A stretch of DNA of 64,000 nucleotides from Octopus sinensis. Lineage: Eukaryota. This document shows positions 12,359-26,615 of this stretch, in pieces. Both the position numbers and the translations under genes were made by a program. The first letter of the stretch is position 1; every line of letters starts with the position of its first letter. Where the stretch lies: NCBI RefSeq assembly GCF_006345805.1, contig NC_043004.1, positions 12,214,001-12,278,000 on the forward strand, written 5' to 3'. The notes below the pieces were generated by a model. The model did not search any database. It saw only the letters and a list, made by a program, of their open reading frames with translations, and had not been told where the DNA came from.

Positions 12359-14790
12359 CGTTATTGTTGTTGTTGTTGTCTCACTCCATCCTTGTCTTTG
12401 TTTGCTCATTTGTTATTGTTGAACGTAAGCATAGGAGTGGCTGTGTGCTAAGTAGCTTGATTACCAACCACATGGTTCCGGGTTCAATCCCACTGCATGG
12501 CACCTGGGCAAGTGTCTTCTACTACAGCCTTGGGCCGACCAAAGCCTTGTGAGTGGATTTGGTAGATGGAAACTGAAAGAAGCCCATCATGTATATATAT
12601 GAATATAAATATATATATATATGTTTATATATATATGTGTGTTTGTGTCTGTGTTTGTCCCCCCAACATCACTTGACAACCCATGCTGGTGTGTTTACGT
12701 TCCCGCAACTTTGCGGTTCAGCAAAAGAGACTGATAGAGTAAGTACTAGGCTTACAAAGAATAATCCTGGGGCTGATCTGCTCGACTGACGGCAGTGCTC
12801 CAGCATGGCCACAGTCAAATGACTGAAACAAGTAAAAGAGTAAAAGAGTAACTGCGATGAACTTCAGCTGGAACAGCCTCTCTGGTAGCTCAGCCTGCTA
12901 GAAATAGCAGTAAAATCACACTCTCAAATCACAAACTGTGTATATTTCCCTGTGTTTCTTACAAATAAATAAATATATTAAAAAAATAGATATGATGGTC
13001 ACAGTTGGAAAGCTTTTGATCTTATATTAGATTTCTTTGATCAGAGAAGACTTTGGGCTAAAATCATCCACATCATATGTTATTGCCATCAATTTCAAAA
13101 AGAACAGAAATTTCTATTGTATTGAGAGAGCCACAACCTAATTAAATATCTGTAAAATGGCTATTGTATGTCTTCTTTTGAATTGGTTTGGCACTGTTTT
13201 GCATTCAACTTCACAGTGCTTTGTCATCTACGTAGATAGATAAATAGATAGATGGACCTTAAAACCTGTACATGTTTAGTAATATCCTCCAAGTCCACGT
13301 TCCACGGACTTTGAGTATGGCACTTTAACTAATTAGGCATGATGCATCTCTTATGTAGGCCTTAAGAAATTATCTACTTGATGCAAGTGTTCGTTCTTAA
13401 GTAGTCTCTCGTGAAAGTGCTCTTTCTCATTTTCCCCCCTTTCTCCACCCCAACACACACACACACACACTCATACACACTCATTCACACTCACTGTGTT
13501 AAAAATGGCTTAACATTGGTTAATATTAATGTTTAGACAGGCACATTGTGTGTAAGTTTAAGATCAAGTGTGATCACAACAGACAAAGTGTGGGTACTTG
13601 TTATGATTTTTCTTTCTTTTTTTTTTGGCTTCTTTCTTTCCTTCTTTCATTCCTTCTTTCATTGTTTCTTTCTATTATTTATTTACTCATTCATTTATTT
13701 GTTTCTTAAATGTCTATGGCGACAAGAATTAGCTTCGAGATGATCATTTTGTAAAGAAATATCTCTCAGCACTTCAAAACACAGACATCTCAATAATGTA
13801 CAGATATATTTTGGTTGACGCCAACTTAATCTCTCTAATATCGCTTCTGTTTCTTTCTCCTTACTGTCTTTCATTGGTGGTTGTTCTCCTTGTTTTTATT
13901 CTTTTATTTACCATTTTATATTGCAACTGGTGAACAAAGCCATTATTGGATACAGGTTTTCCAACAGGTCAGTCTCTGCTTCATGGCATTTCTCATTGCC
14001 AGTGTTTCAAAGAAGCATTTCAAACACGATGCAACAAACTACATTTCTAGACTGGCATTGCTTTTTTTTTTTCAGTAGTGATGGTCGTGGTGGTGGTGGC
14101 AGGTGGTACCTTACAGGTGTTTATGTCTTATTCTAATATAAATTGATAAAAGAAACACTCATTTACAAACACACAAATACACACATGTACACACACAGAG
14201 TGGAATTCTCAGAGATAAACTTCAGTAAAGCTGGGTTATGAGACATGTTGGCACTGCTGTTTTGCCACCACCTATTTGGCATTGCTGATTCTATGCTGAT
14301 TTATTTGACATCAAGTGTTTTAATGTTTCCCTCATTTCAATATCTCTCTCAGTTTATGTAATGGGTGTATTTCTCTTTATGTGTATAAAGCGAGTAGAAA
14401 GTGTCGTCAGTCATGTTTAATTAATAAACTGGGATGTCTCTCTCACCCACTCTCTCTTTTTCATCTGACACTCCCTGTATTTATCTCTCTCTTTCCCTCC
14501 TTTTCTCTCTCTTTGTTTATGAATATGAACATATTTTTCTCTTGATGTGTGAGAGAAGAGGGAAAATGTTTGTCAAGCACGTTCAATCTATAATTGGTCT
14601 CTCTCTCTCTCTCTCTCTCTTGCCACTCCCCTTTCTCTTTCTATCCATATGTGTATATTTCTGTGTGTGTGTGTCTGCCTCCAGTGCCAAAAATTACTGT
14701 CACCAAAACAGGCTGAACATTCAGATCATCAGCATCTAAACAGTTGCAGCCAATTGTTTCATGCCATCAAATATATATATATAAATATAT

Positions 14791-15160
14791 CATCATCATA
14801 ATCGTTTAACGTCCGTTTTCCATGCTGGCATGGGTTGGACAGTTCAGCTGGGGTTTGGGAAGCCAGGCAGCTGCACCAGGCTCCAGTCTAATCTGGCAGT
14901 ATTTCTACAGCTGGATGCCTTTCCTAACGCCAACTACTCCACATTTGGGTGTGGCCATTGCCAGTACCACCAAACTGGCCCTCGTGCCGGTGGCACGTAA
15001 AAGCATCCACTACACTCTCGGAGTGGTTGGCATTAGGAAGGGCATCCAGCTGTAGAAACTCTGCCAGATCAGATTGGAGTCTGGTTTGCCAGACCTCAGT
15101 CAAATCGTCCAACCCATACTAGCATGGGAAGTGGACGTTAAATGATGATGATGATGGTGA
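14791..15160. mobile_element. Two RTE-3'UTR-family pieces in inverted orientation (foldback)
   Basis: 14791-14940 is the reverse complement, with mismatches, of ~15020-15160. Confidence 0.8.
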
Positions 15161-16889
15161 TGTACATACATGTATGAGAAAATTGAAAATGCAAATCTTA
15201 AGCAGTCAGATTCCCGAACACATAAATGAAAACATTCAATCAAAGTAGTTGAATCATATATATTTTATACACCTCAGCACAAATCATGCATGTACACTCA
15301 TGATTTATGCATTCAGGAATCTGTTTAACAGGCTAAGATTTACTTTTTCAGTTTTTGCTACCCTATTTTCTTTTGGCATTGGCTCTCTATGAAGACTCCG
15401 TAAACAGCCCGTATGTTTTAAACATATTTAATATTATATCCATGTGTATGTGTGCGTGTTTAGCTAAAAAGTATGATAACTGCAAGATGAAGTGTATATA
15501 ATTTCTTCCCTATCAATGTACCTGTTGGACACATGTCCCTCCCCTGGGACTGAGTAATAGCCATCCAAAAACTTCAGTCTTTTCTACCCCACCCTGTATC
15601 TACCAAAATTAGAATTAATATTTTCTGCAATCCATATTGCATTAATCAACATGACATACCTCAACAAAAAATAATTTGAAGCATGATATCTTTCAGTATA
15701 TAAAACTGCTTTCTGCAGTCAAAGGTATTGAAATTTTGAGTGGATAAATTTGATTTCTGCTGTAAAATTGTTAATAATCTATGATGTCAAAGTTTAAGTT
15801 TGGAAAACACAGCAAACTCTGAGATGGATAAGATTTTGCAAGTATGGAGGAAAATGAAATGACTGTCATATTTTTGTTCTTTATTAAAAATAATTGCAAA
15901 ACCAGTCCAAGTTTTCCACAAAAATTTCTTAGTGGAAATCCTAACTGATTCCAGGTGTGCGAAAACAGCTGATGGATTATTCGTCCAAAATCCTTATAAA
16001 TGATTTCACAGTTCATTTTACTTTACATTTTCTGGTGATTTGCTCGTTATTGGTCTTTCTGAATGCTATTCATTTTCAACTGTTATGTGACCAACCTTGA
16101 AATCCGCATAATACTAAAATACCTGTGTTTGACCTGAAGAATGTTTGCCAAAATCCTGTTTAAACATTTTAAGTGTCTCGCTAGCAGATTTCTTAAGCGT
16201 CATACACAAAATATAACACAAGCTCATTGCTTCAATTTGTCAGGCATTGTAAGAAAAATAATAAACAAAACAAAGAAAAAGACAAAAAATCTACAGGGTT
16301 GGATTTTTTGCAATGTTGCAAAACCTCAAGAACTTAAGTAAATAAGATGAAGTGTATTAATAGATTGATTCAATGTATCGGCTACCAATGGCCTTCAGAT
16401 GTACATGCTCTTCCAGTGAAAACTATAACCATTCAAGTGCATCCAGAAATTGTCTGATAGCGCTTCCTATATTTATATTTTTATCTTTCACTTGTTTCAG
16501 TCATTGGACTGTGGCCATGCTGGAGCACCACTTTGAAGGGATTCCTTGAACAAATTAATCCTAGCTCTTACTGTTTTATATCTGGTACTTATTTAATCAG
16601 CCTCTTTAGCAGCTGAACTGCTAAGCTATGGGGATGTAGACAAACCAGCACCGGGTGTCAAGCAGTAGGGGAAGGGACAAACGCAATGACACACACACAC
16701 ACAACAGCCTTCCACACAGTTAAAATACCTTTGATCATAGGTCTGCTCAGTCGGCACTGACCTTGAGTTAAACATTAGCAAGAAAGACAGCAGCATCTTT
16801 TTTATCCAAATCTGCAGTATATTGTACACATTTTTTCTGCGTCTTTTTGTACAGTCTGTCACTTTCTTACTTAAGAGAGTATGCATCAG

Positions 16890-17320
16890 TTGAGGGAATT
16901 TTGGCTGCTATTCCTAGCATCTGTTCTGTATAGTCCGCTTTCTGCACAGTGAATACCTTTTTTTGTTCAGGAGAGCAAGGAATAATTTGAAAGGATTTTG
17001 GCTGCTATTCCTAGCATCTTTTCTGTATAGTACATCTTTTTATACAGTGAGTGTCCCTTTTTTTTGTGTCAGAGAGTAGGACATAATTTGAGGGAATTTT
17101 GGCTGCTATTTGTAGCATCTTTTTTGTATTGTACATCTTTCTGCAAAGTGTATGCCTTCTTTGTTTAAGAGAGTAGGGCATAATTTGAGGGAATTTTGGC
17201 TGCTGTTTGTAGCATCATTTCAGTGTAGTCCATCTTTTATTACATTATATCCTGTCTTTATTTAAGGGAGTGAGTAGCATATGATTTGAGAGAATTTTGG
17301 CTGCTATTCGCAGCAGGTCA
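16890..17320. repeat. Diverged tandem repeat, ~98-100-bp unit, about 4.3 copies
   Basis: 'aattttggctgct.tt..tagcatc' recurs near 16897, 16995, 17095, 17192 and 17293. Confidence 0.85.
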
Positions 17321-18227
17321 AATGATGATGTTGGGTCATTTTTTTTCATTGGTTCACCACTTAACACATTATTTGCCTGGCAACCAGTACAACCTGCCAC
17401 TGCAAGCTGCCCTCTCTTTACATTTTAGTAACACATTTACAGCCAGTCAGTATATTATTGGGATCATTTCGGCTTGACCAGTTGAAGAATACAGTTAACT
17501 AAATGATGGAGCAACATAACAACTGATGCAGCATCCGTTCCTTTGACTACAAGCATCTCAAAAAAAAAAAAAAAAAAAAGAAAGAAAGAAAGAAAAAGAA
17601 AAGAAAAATTATATATATAAAAAAAAAAATAGAGGGAGGACTTAATTAAATACCTAACCTCATCGGAAAAGGTTTATCCTGCAGAGAAAATTCAATTAGA
17701 TTCTTTGGAATGCTGAGCCATTTCTTTTCCTGTTTCCATCAATAGCTTATCACCGGACACTGACATCCCTCCTGATTCATTAATTGAATGAGAAAATCCC
17801 AATCTATCTATCTGTCTACTTATCTAGCAGTGTGTTTTATCCATCACTCCATGTTACATCTCTCTCTCTCTCTCTCTATCTCTCTCCCTCTCTCTCTCAC
17901 TTTGTATCTTACTCTGTCTCTCTGTATTTATCTATCTATCTATCAATCTACCTATCTTATATGTATTTGTGTAAATATAGATATGTGAGTGTATAAATGT
18001 AATATATATATATATGGATGTGACTAAAGATGTGTATATATATATATATGAAAGTACACATGTGTATATACATATATATATATGTATATATCTATATACA
18101 TATGTATATATATAGATGTATATATGTATATATATATGAATGTATATATTGCGTATGTATGTGTGTATATGTATACATGTGTGCAGCATCACAAGCCCTT
18201 ACATAATGAATGAAGAGCTTCCCACAA

Positions 18228-18280
<53 letters not shown>

Positions 18281-19652
18281 ACTCACTATTCCAAAGAAAG
18301 AAACCTTTCTCAATTACCAATCAACTGCAATGTTTAACTGAATTTACTTTCGCTTTCCCCTTATACATAATACATACATAAACAAACACAAATATGCCCG
18401 TACGTATGCATATATACATATATACATATATATGTGTCTCTGTGTGTGTGTGTGCGAATGTAAGTATTTAACCCTTTCCTATACAATAAGTATTAGCAGA
18501 ACTGAAAAGTTTAATTCCGATGCAAAAATCAATAAGAAATAATGAGATCCAAAACTCGTTTCCATGCTGGAAACATCCTCCTTGAATGAACATTCCTGCC
18601 AAGAGAGAAATTTTCAGTTAACATTGCTGATTATTCAAGCCTCATTGAGCTTAAACTCAGCTGATTGATTTAAGTTAGGATTTAAGAGGGGTTAGGGTGG
18701 CTTAAGCCAGTAAATAACAGATTTGGGAAGTTGGCAAGATAAGAGAAGTTTTTTTTCTATTGGACGGTGTTGCACTTAGTTGCATGTTTTTATATAACAG
18801 GGTAGCTGTTGTTGTTTTTGTTATTGTTATTGTCGTTATTGGTGGTGGTGGTCATAGTTGTGGTGAGCATCAGCAATGTCATTATCATTTGTGTTTAGTC
18901 CCAGATCAATCTTGATTGAGTAAGCATGTGATCAAGTTATGACCATTCTGTCATTTTAGGGGCGTCCTGGACTACACTGTCCAATAATTTCGTCCTTGTT
19001 CAAGATGCTATCGTTTGCTGGTGGAGGGGGGTGATTTGGCTGCTATTTCTTCTAACAGGTTGAGCTCTCATCCTTCTGACAGTTAGCCTTGTGAAATATT
19101 CTGGATGTGACAACTGGAGAGAGAGAGAAGGGAGTAGATGAGCACTTCACTGGTCCTCATTTCAGCTGAGTAGTTCTGGGGCTGGGCAAAATGAAATGGT
19201 TTGTTCAAGGCCACAAAGTGCAACTTAATCCAGGAATCAAACCCATGAGCTTATTAATCATGAAGCCAGCACTACAAGGCCATAAAGCTCCTTCGTGGTC
19301 ATTGTGATAACTACAGTAAAAGTAACTAGAAGAAACAACGGAAGCTATAGAGAGTGTTGGTCAGTGATTGTTTGGTGTCTGTGATTTAAGGTACCATATA
19401 TCCTGGCATACAAATCAACATAGCATATAACATAAATGTGTACCCTTTTACTCTTTTATTTGTTTCAGTCATTTGACTGTGGCCATGCTGAAGCACCGCC
19501 TTTAGTCGAGCAAATCGACCCCAGGACTTATTCTTTGTAAGCCTAGTACTTATTCTATCGGTCTCTTTTGCCAAACCGGTAAGTTACCAGGACATAAACA
19601 CACCAGCATTGGTTGTGAAGCGATGTTGGGGGGAACAAACACAGACACACAA

Positions 19653-19723
<71 letters not shown>

Positions 19724-21687
19724 TATACACACATACATACAACGGGCTTCTTTCAGTTTCCGTCTACCAAATCCACTGATAAGGCTTTGGTCAGCCTGAG
19801 GCTATAGTAGAGGACACTTGCCCAAGGTGCCACACAGTGGAACTGAACCCAGAACCATGTGGTTCATAAGCAAGCTACTTACCACACGGCCACTTCTACG
19901 CCTATGTACACACCTATGTGTAATATAAGCATTCAAACATTGACACTATATTTCCAAACCCTGCTGCATTTCACACAGAATTTTTGATCCTTTAAGTCTT
20001 GATGCATAAGTTAGCCTGCCTTTTTTTTGGCGGGTGGGGGGGTATATTTTGCTCTAAAATATTCAACTTGTAAGCTGGAAAATATGGTTTTAGTCAGTGA
20101 CCAATTGCTGCTATCATCACTTTTAAGTGTCCATCATTTATGCATTAATTCCCAGATACTTTCAGTTCCTTTCCATGCAATTTCATCTACAAAATGGACC
20201 AATAAGAAAGGAGTTCAGCTAATACACTGGTTCAGAGTGTGGTTGTTGGGGTCTGGAGAGACAAGGAGAGGCCCATGACCTCCACTTAAAAACAAAAGAA
20301 CAGTTATATTAAATTTTGAGACGATGATTCAGCCCTCCTGCTGAGTCCAAAAAGCAGTTTCATTCTGCTTTGTCAAATTTCTGTTGAACAGAAATATAAC
20401 CAGAGTGTGTGCCACCTCAGTGTTGCCCTTGGTTTTGTGCCTTTTCACCTCCACTACGCCCCAAAGCCTATACCTGTTTACACAACAGACCCAAAAGTGC
20501 CATTGCTACAAAAGCATCACCTGGAGTGAACTGCCCCTCCTTAGTCCTTTCTAGCTATATTACAGCATTAATGGCATCAATTTCATTGATCTGAGAGAGA
20601 GCTAATGAAGGCCAGGGTCATGTCCGCAAAACGTAAATCTACCTTGGACTATAGTTAAAGAAAGCTTTTATATGGTTGACTGGTGACCAAGTTTGGCAGA
20701 TTATGTAGGGCATTGGATAGAATTCATGTTGGTATTTGTTCCTGTTTTCTGCATCCTGAGTTCAAATCCTACCCTAATCAACTCTGTTTTCATTGTGCTT
20801 GAGGGATACAGTTTCAACTCTTGTAGCTGTTTGTTTTTCTCTTGTGGACCTAATTTGGGGATAGACCCCATTGACTTCCTGGTTTAATACCTGGCAACCT
20901 GGATGCCCTTCAGAGGCAAGGACCACTTTATTGCAAATAGTCAGGCCAGGTCTCTGATTTAAAAATATCCCCACCCCACTATAGTGTAGGAGAGGAAAGA
21001 TATAAAATATTGTTCTACATCATCACACAAAGTGGCCACATCCTCTGGATGAAACCATGAGGAAATAACAGAAAACTCACAAACACACACTAATACACAT
21101 ATACTCACACACTCACGCATTCATATGTACACTCATACACATACTCATGCACACATACACTCCTACAGCCTCACACACTCGTACAAAACAACAATGCCAC
21201 CCCAACAATGCTTGCATAGAAAAGAAAAGTACAAAACAATGAGACAAAAATTCTTCAAATGCTTTGACAAATTTGGAAACTTATGAGGTCACCAGTATCT
21301 CTTGGGAATTATTAATGTCATCACTGTGATATTTTGATAGATTTTGTTTTGTTTTTTATTGTTTTGGAGGGTTTTTTTTTTCCTCCCCACAACCACAAAA
21401 GGTTATTCATCTTAACACCAACCTTCACTCTGTGACTGGCTAACATTTGAGATCTGAGACGAGTTGCTGTTTACAACTAAGAGTGTCAGTTGACAGAGGT
21501 ATCTCTTTGTGGTTTTTCTTTGTGTGTGAAGGGGGGGGGGTTATTGTGTGTGTACTAATGGGTGTGTACTGGCAAATACATATATTTCTGTATACAACAT
21601 GTATACACGTGTGCAACATCAGGCTCACATTCATGAGGTAGTGAGTTTGATTCTCAGACCGGGCTGTGTGTTGTGTTCTTGAGCTTC

Positions 21688-22247
21688 CAGTTCACTCATC
21701 TGTAGAAATGAGTTGTGACGTCACTGGTACCAGTTCACTAAACTGTAGAAATGTGTTGTGACGTCACTGGTGCCAGTTCACTCATCTGTAGAAATGAGTT
21801 GTGACATCACTAGCACCAGTTCACTCATCTGTAGAAATGAGTTGTGATGTCACTGGTGCCAGTTCACTCATCTGTAGAAATGAGTTGTGACATCACTGGC
21901 ACCAGTTCACTCTTCTGTAGAAATGAGTTGTGACGTCACTAGCACCAGTTCACTCATCTGTAGAAATGAGTTGCGACTTCACTGGCACCAGTTCACTCAT
22001 CTGTAGAAATGAGTTGTGACATCACTGGCACCAGTTCACTCTTCTGTAGAAATGAGTTGTGATGTCACTGGTGCCAGTTCACTCATCTGTAGAAATGAGT
22101 TGTGACATCACTGGCACCAGTTCACTCTTCTGTAGAAATGAGTTGTGACGTCACTAGCACCAGTTCACTCATCAGTAAAAATGAGTTGTGATGTCACTGG
22201 TGCCAGTTCACTCATCTGTAGAAATAAGTTGTGACATCACTGGTGCC
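21688..22247 (+). repeat. 43-bp minisatellite (~13 copies) inside a tRNA-SINE spanning ~21620-22430
   Basis: Unit cagttcactcatctgtagaaatgagttgtgacgtcactggtac, period 43 (21691 to 21734). The same sequence occurs once in the SINE at 27640-27980(-). Confidence 0.95.
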
Positions 22248-23699
22248 AAACTGTATCAGCTTTTGCCTTTCACTTGGATATCATCACCAGTGTAGAGGCG
22301 GGGAGCTGATATGCATGAGCGACTTCTGGTCTTCCATAAACAACCTTGCCATAAACAACTGTGTGTTGGAGGGTAACTCTCTAGGTGCAATCCCATAGCC
22401 ATTCATGCCCAAAGGAAGTCTTTACCCTTTATATATGTATATGCATATATATGCAAAAAAATACGTATATTAATATATGCATATATACATATATATATAT
22501 ATACACCTATATGTATATGTATATGAAGGCGGTGAGCTGGCAGAAACGTTAGCACACCGGGCAAAATGCATTGCCATATTTCGTCTGCCGTTACGTTCTG
22601 AGTTCAAATTCCGCCGAGGTCGACTTTGCCTTTCATCTTTCCGGGGTCGATAAATTAAGTACCAGTTACGCACTGGGGTCAATGTAATCGACTTAATCTC
22701 TTTGTCTGTCCTTGTTTGTCTCCTCTGTGTTTAGCCCCTTGTGGGTAGTAAAGAAATATATATGTATATACACACATATAAATCTACAAGTGTAAAATAA
22801 AAAAAGGAAAATGGAATATATGGGATACTTGATTGCTCACAACAATCATGTTTACACATGTCCTGCATCAATCCCTCACGGGTGGAAAACGATATAACAA
22901 GTTGTGGTGCATCCCTTGTTTTGCAGAAGCATGATGAAATAAAAGGTATCATATTAAATGAATTCTGTTTCACTCGGATTTAATACAGCATGTTGTTACT
23001 CTTTACTCTCAATTTTTACTCTTTTACTTGTTTCAGTCATTTGACTGCGGCCATGCTGGAGCACCGCCTTTAGTCGAGCAATTCGACCCCCGGGACTTAT
23101 TCTTTTTGGAAGCCCAGTACTTATTCTATCGATCTCTTTTTGCCGAACCGCTAAGTGACAGGGACGTAAACACACCAGCATCGGTTGTCAAGCAATGCTC
23201 GGGGAACAAACACAGACACATACAACATACATATATATATATATATATATACATATATACGACAGGTTTCTTTCAGTTTCCGCCTACCAAATCCACTCAC
23301 AAGGCATTGGTCGTCCCGGGGCTATAGCAGAAGACACTTGCCCAAGATGCCACGCAGTGGGACTGAACCCGGAACCATGTGGCTGGTTAGCAAGCTACTT
23401 ACCACACAGCCGCTCCTGCGCCTGTTAGTGTCTGTAGATTAAGGCTGTCGGAAGGAAATCTACAGACACTAACATCATAATGTATTAAATTCAAACAAAA
23501 GGGAGTTCATTTAACAAAGTACCTCTTATTACATCACCTGATGAAATGCTTCTGCTTTGAGGGATGCACTGCAACTAATTGTATAGATTCCCACCTGCGA
23601 AGGATCAAGGCAGGATATGTCGAAACAATCATTGTGAGCAACAAAGTCACCCAGGTATTCCATTTTCTGTCTCTATCATTTGTTATATACTCAACGAGT

Positions 23700-24082
23700 G
23701 GAGGTGCAATGGCCCAGTTGTTAGGGCAGCGGACTCGCGGTCGTAGGATCGCGGTTTCGATTCCCAGACCGGGCGTTGTGAGTGTTTATTGAGCAAAAAC
23801 ACTTAAAAGCTCCACGAGGCTCCGGCAGGGATGGTAGTGATCCCTGCTGTACTCTTTCACCACAACTTTCTCTCACTCTTACTTCCTGTTTCTGTTGTGC
23901 CTGTATTTCAAAGGGCCGGCCTTGTCACTCTCTGTGTCACGCTGAATATCCCCGAGAACTACGTTAAGGGTGCATGTGTCTGTGGAGTGCTCAGCCACTT
24001 ACACGTTAATTTCACGAGCAGGCTGTTCCGTTGATTCGGATCAACTGGAACCCTCATCGTCATAACCGACGGAGTGCTTCCA
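23700..24082 (+). mobile_element. tRNA-derived SINE (head A + tail Y)
   Basis: Same family as 11461-11853; 'tatatactcaa' on both flanks. Confidence 0.9.
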
Positions 24083-25253
24083 CTATATACTCAATGTATA
24101 CTGAGGAATTCCTGAAGTAGATCCACAAGTAGTGAATGTTCTTTGTGCTTCTTTAGCTTTCTGTTAGGGACACACGCAACACTTAAATATTAACTTAATC
24201 TACATGTGAATATATATATATATATATATATATATCATCATCATCGTCGTCATTTAATGTCCGCTTTCCATGTTGGCATGGGTTAGACGGTTTAACTGAG
24301 GACTGGTGAGCCAGAAGGCTGCACCACGCAAAATCTGATCTGACAAAGTTTCTACAGCTGGAAGCCCTTCCTAACGCCCACCACTCTGAGAGTGTAGTGG
24401 ATGCTTATACATGCCACCATTTATGCCTATATAAGTACAGACCTAAATGGATATACAATGTAAGGCATAGTCATTTACCTACAAATTATGGTGCAGTACT
24501 GGAGTAAATCTGTGTTTGTCAGAGCACTAAATAAAGGTTTAATTGTATGAAGATGGCAAAGCGGTGTTTGTTTGGGATTTTTCAAAGATGAGACGATGGG
24601 CAGAGAAACCTGATGCTTTGCTAACTGGTAACTATTGTTTCAATATTGTATATAAAAAATAAACATTCACGAGTGGTTGTGTGGTAAGTAGCTTGCTTAC
24701 CAACCACATGGTTCCGGGTTCAGTCCCACTGCATGGGACCTTGGGCAAGCATCTTCTACTATAGCCTTGGACTGACCAAAGCCTTCTGAGTGGATTTGGT
24801 AGACAGAAACAGAAAGAAGCCTGTCGTATATATGTGTATATATATATATATATATACATGTATGTCAGTGTATATGTTTGTGTGTCTGTGTTTGTCACTC
24901 CAATATCACTTGACAACCTATGGCGGTGTGTTTACATTCCCCGTAACTTAGCGGTTTGGCAAACGAGATCAGTAGAATAAGTACTAGGCTTCCAAAGAAT
25001 AAGTCCTGGGGTCGATTTGCTCAACTAAAGGTGGTGCTCCAGCATGGCCACAGTCAAATGACTGAAACAAGTAAAAGAGTATACATACATACATGCATGT
25101 ATGCATGTATATATATGTATACATGCACATATACACACACACACATATATTTACATATATATATATATATATATATATTATTTACATACGTATGTGCTTA
25201 CACACATACACACACACACATATATAGTATATACGTATATATACACAGGCATA

Positions 25254-25766
25254 TCATCATCATCATCATCGTCGTTTAACGTCCGTTCTCCATGCTAGCA
25301 TGGGTTGGACGGTTCGACCGGGGTTCTGGGAAGCCAGAAGGCTGCACCAGGCTCCAGTCTAATCTGGCAATGTTTCTACAGCTGGATGCCCTTCCTAACG
25401 CCAACCACTCCGTGAGTGTAGTGGGTGCTTTTTACGTGCCACCTGCACAGTGCCAGGCGGGGCTGGCAACGGCCACGGTCAGATTGGTGTATTTTATGTG
25501 CCACCGGCACGGAAGCCAGTCGAGGCGGTGCTGGCATCGGCCACGAGTCGGATAGTGCTTTTTACGTACCACCAGACCAGGGATCCTGGCTGGTTCAATT
25601 CGATTTCGATTTCGCTTGCCCCAAAACATGTCTTCACAAGCAAAGGGGGTTGGCATGGGTGCCTGTCGTACGGTCGCATTGGAGTATTTTACGTGCCACG
25701 GCCACGAGTCGGACAGTGCTTTTTACGTACCACCAGACCAGGGATCCTGGCTGGTTCAATTCGATT
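25254..25766 (-). mobile_element. RTE-3'UTR-family element with (GAT)n tail and internal sub-repeats. Other copies: 7350-7535, 10070-10262, 26750-26985, 34482-34895, 35725-36015, 42080-42345, 53915-54140, 56455-56755
   Basis: catcatc-gtttaacgtccg..tccatgctagcatgggttggacgg...ctggatgcccttcctaacgccaaccactcc; repeated 'gtgctttttacgtgccacc'. Confidence 0.8.
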
Positions 25767-25883
25767 ATATACACAAGTATGTGCATACACACACACACAC
25801 ATTTATATATATACACACACACATACGCATATATATGCATACACATACATATATATGAGCACAGTCACAGTCATATATCCATA

Positions 25884-25916
<33 letters not shown>

Positions 25917-26296
25917 TATAATTATATTATATTGGGAAAGAAAAGGAGACAGAGAAAGGGCAGGAGAGATGAGACAGACAGACACACAGACAGACATGGC
26001 AGCATGTTATGGCATCCAATCTAGTGTACTCTTGACCTTTCCACAGAGACACTAAAATAAGCTATCTTATTTCTAAGTAAAGAATGCAATATCACTTCTA
26101 CCAATTTCTCTATGAGTTTTCCAGTATATTTAAAGACCATTTACAGTGCTGACCGCTATTGTGCCATTGTGGTTGGAGAATCTCTTCAATATTCTCTAAT
26201 TGATCTTCCAAAGTCTTATTCTTTAAACAGCCGACTAACACACATATGCACATGCATACATATATGTATGCCTGTATATATGTATATGTATTATAG

Positions 26297-26615
26297 TGAG
26301 GGCGCGTGGCTTAGTGGTTAGGGCATTCGGCTCATGATCGTAAGGTTGTGAGTTCGATTCCCGGCGACGCGTTGTGTCCTTGAGCAAGACACTTTATTTC
26401 ACGTTTCTCCAGTCCATTCAGCTGGCAAAAATGAGTTGTACTTGTATTTCAAAGGGTCAGCCTTGTCACTCTCTGTGTCACGCTGATTATCCCCGAGAAC
26501 TACGTTAAGGGTACACGTGTCTGTGGAATGCTCAGCCATTTGCACGTTAATTTCACGAGCAAGCTGTTCCGTTGATCGTATCAGCTGGGACCCTCGTCGT
26601 CGTAACCGGCGGAGT
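26297..26615 (+). mobile_element. tRNA-derived SINE (head B, Meta/MESC-like domain, + tail Y); decayed copy 59420-59720(-)
   Basis: TGGCTTAGTGG and GAGTTCGATTCC boxes; 'gtgtccttgagcaagacactttatttcacg...ctccagtcca.tcagctg'; tail shared with 23900-24080. Confidence 0.85.

Noticed and set aside
20027-20640. Possible LINE endonuclease remnant (GGGVYFALK...)
   Set aside because: Only a GGGV-like motif; too degraded to assign.
21688-22247. CRISPR-like regular array
   Set aside because: No unique spacers; a pure tandem of a SINE segment in eukaryotic DNA with no cas genes.
25424-25766. CRISPR-like repeat/spacer pattern
   Set aside because: Lies inside a dispersed retroelement 3' region; spacers recur in other copies and spacing is irregular.
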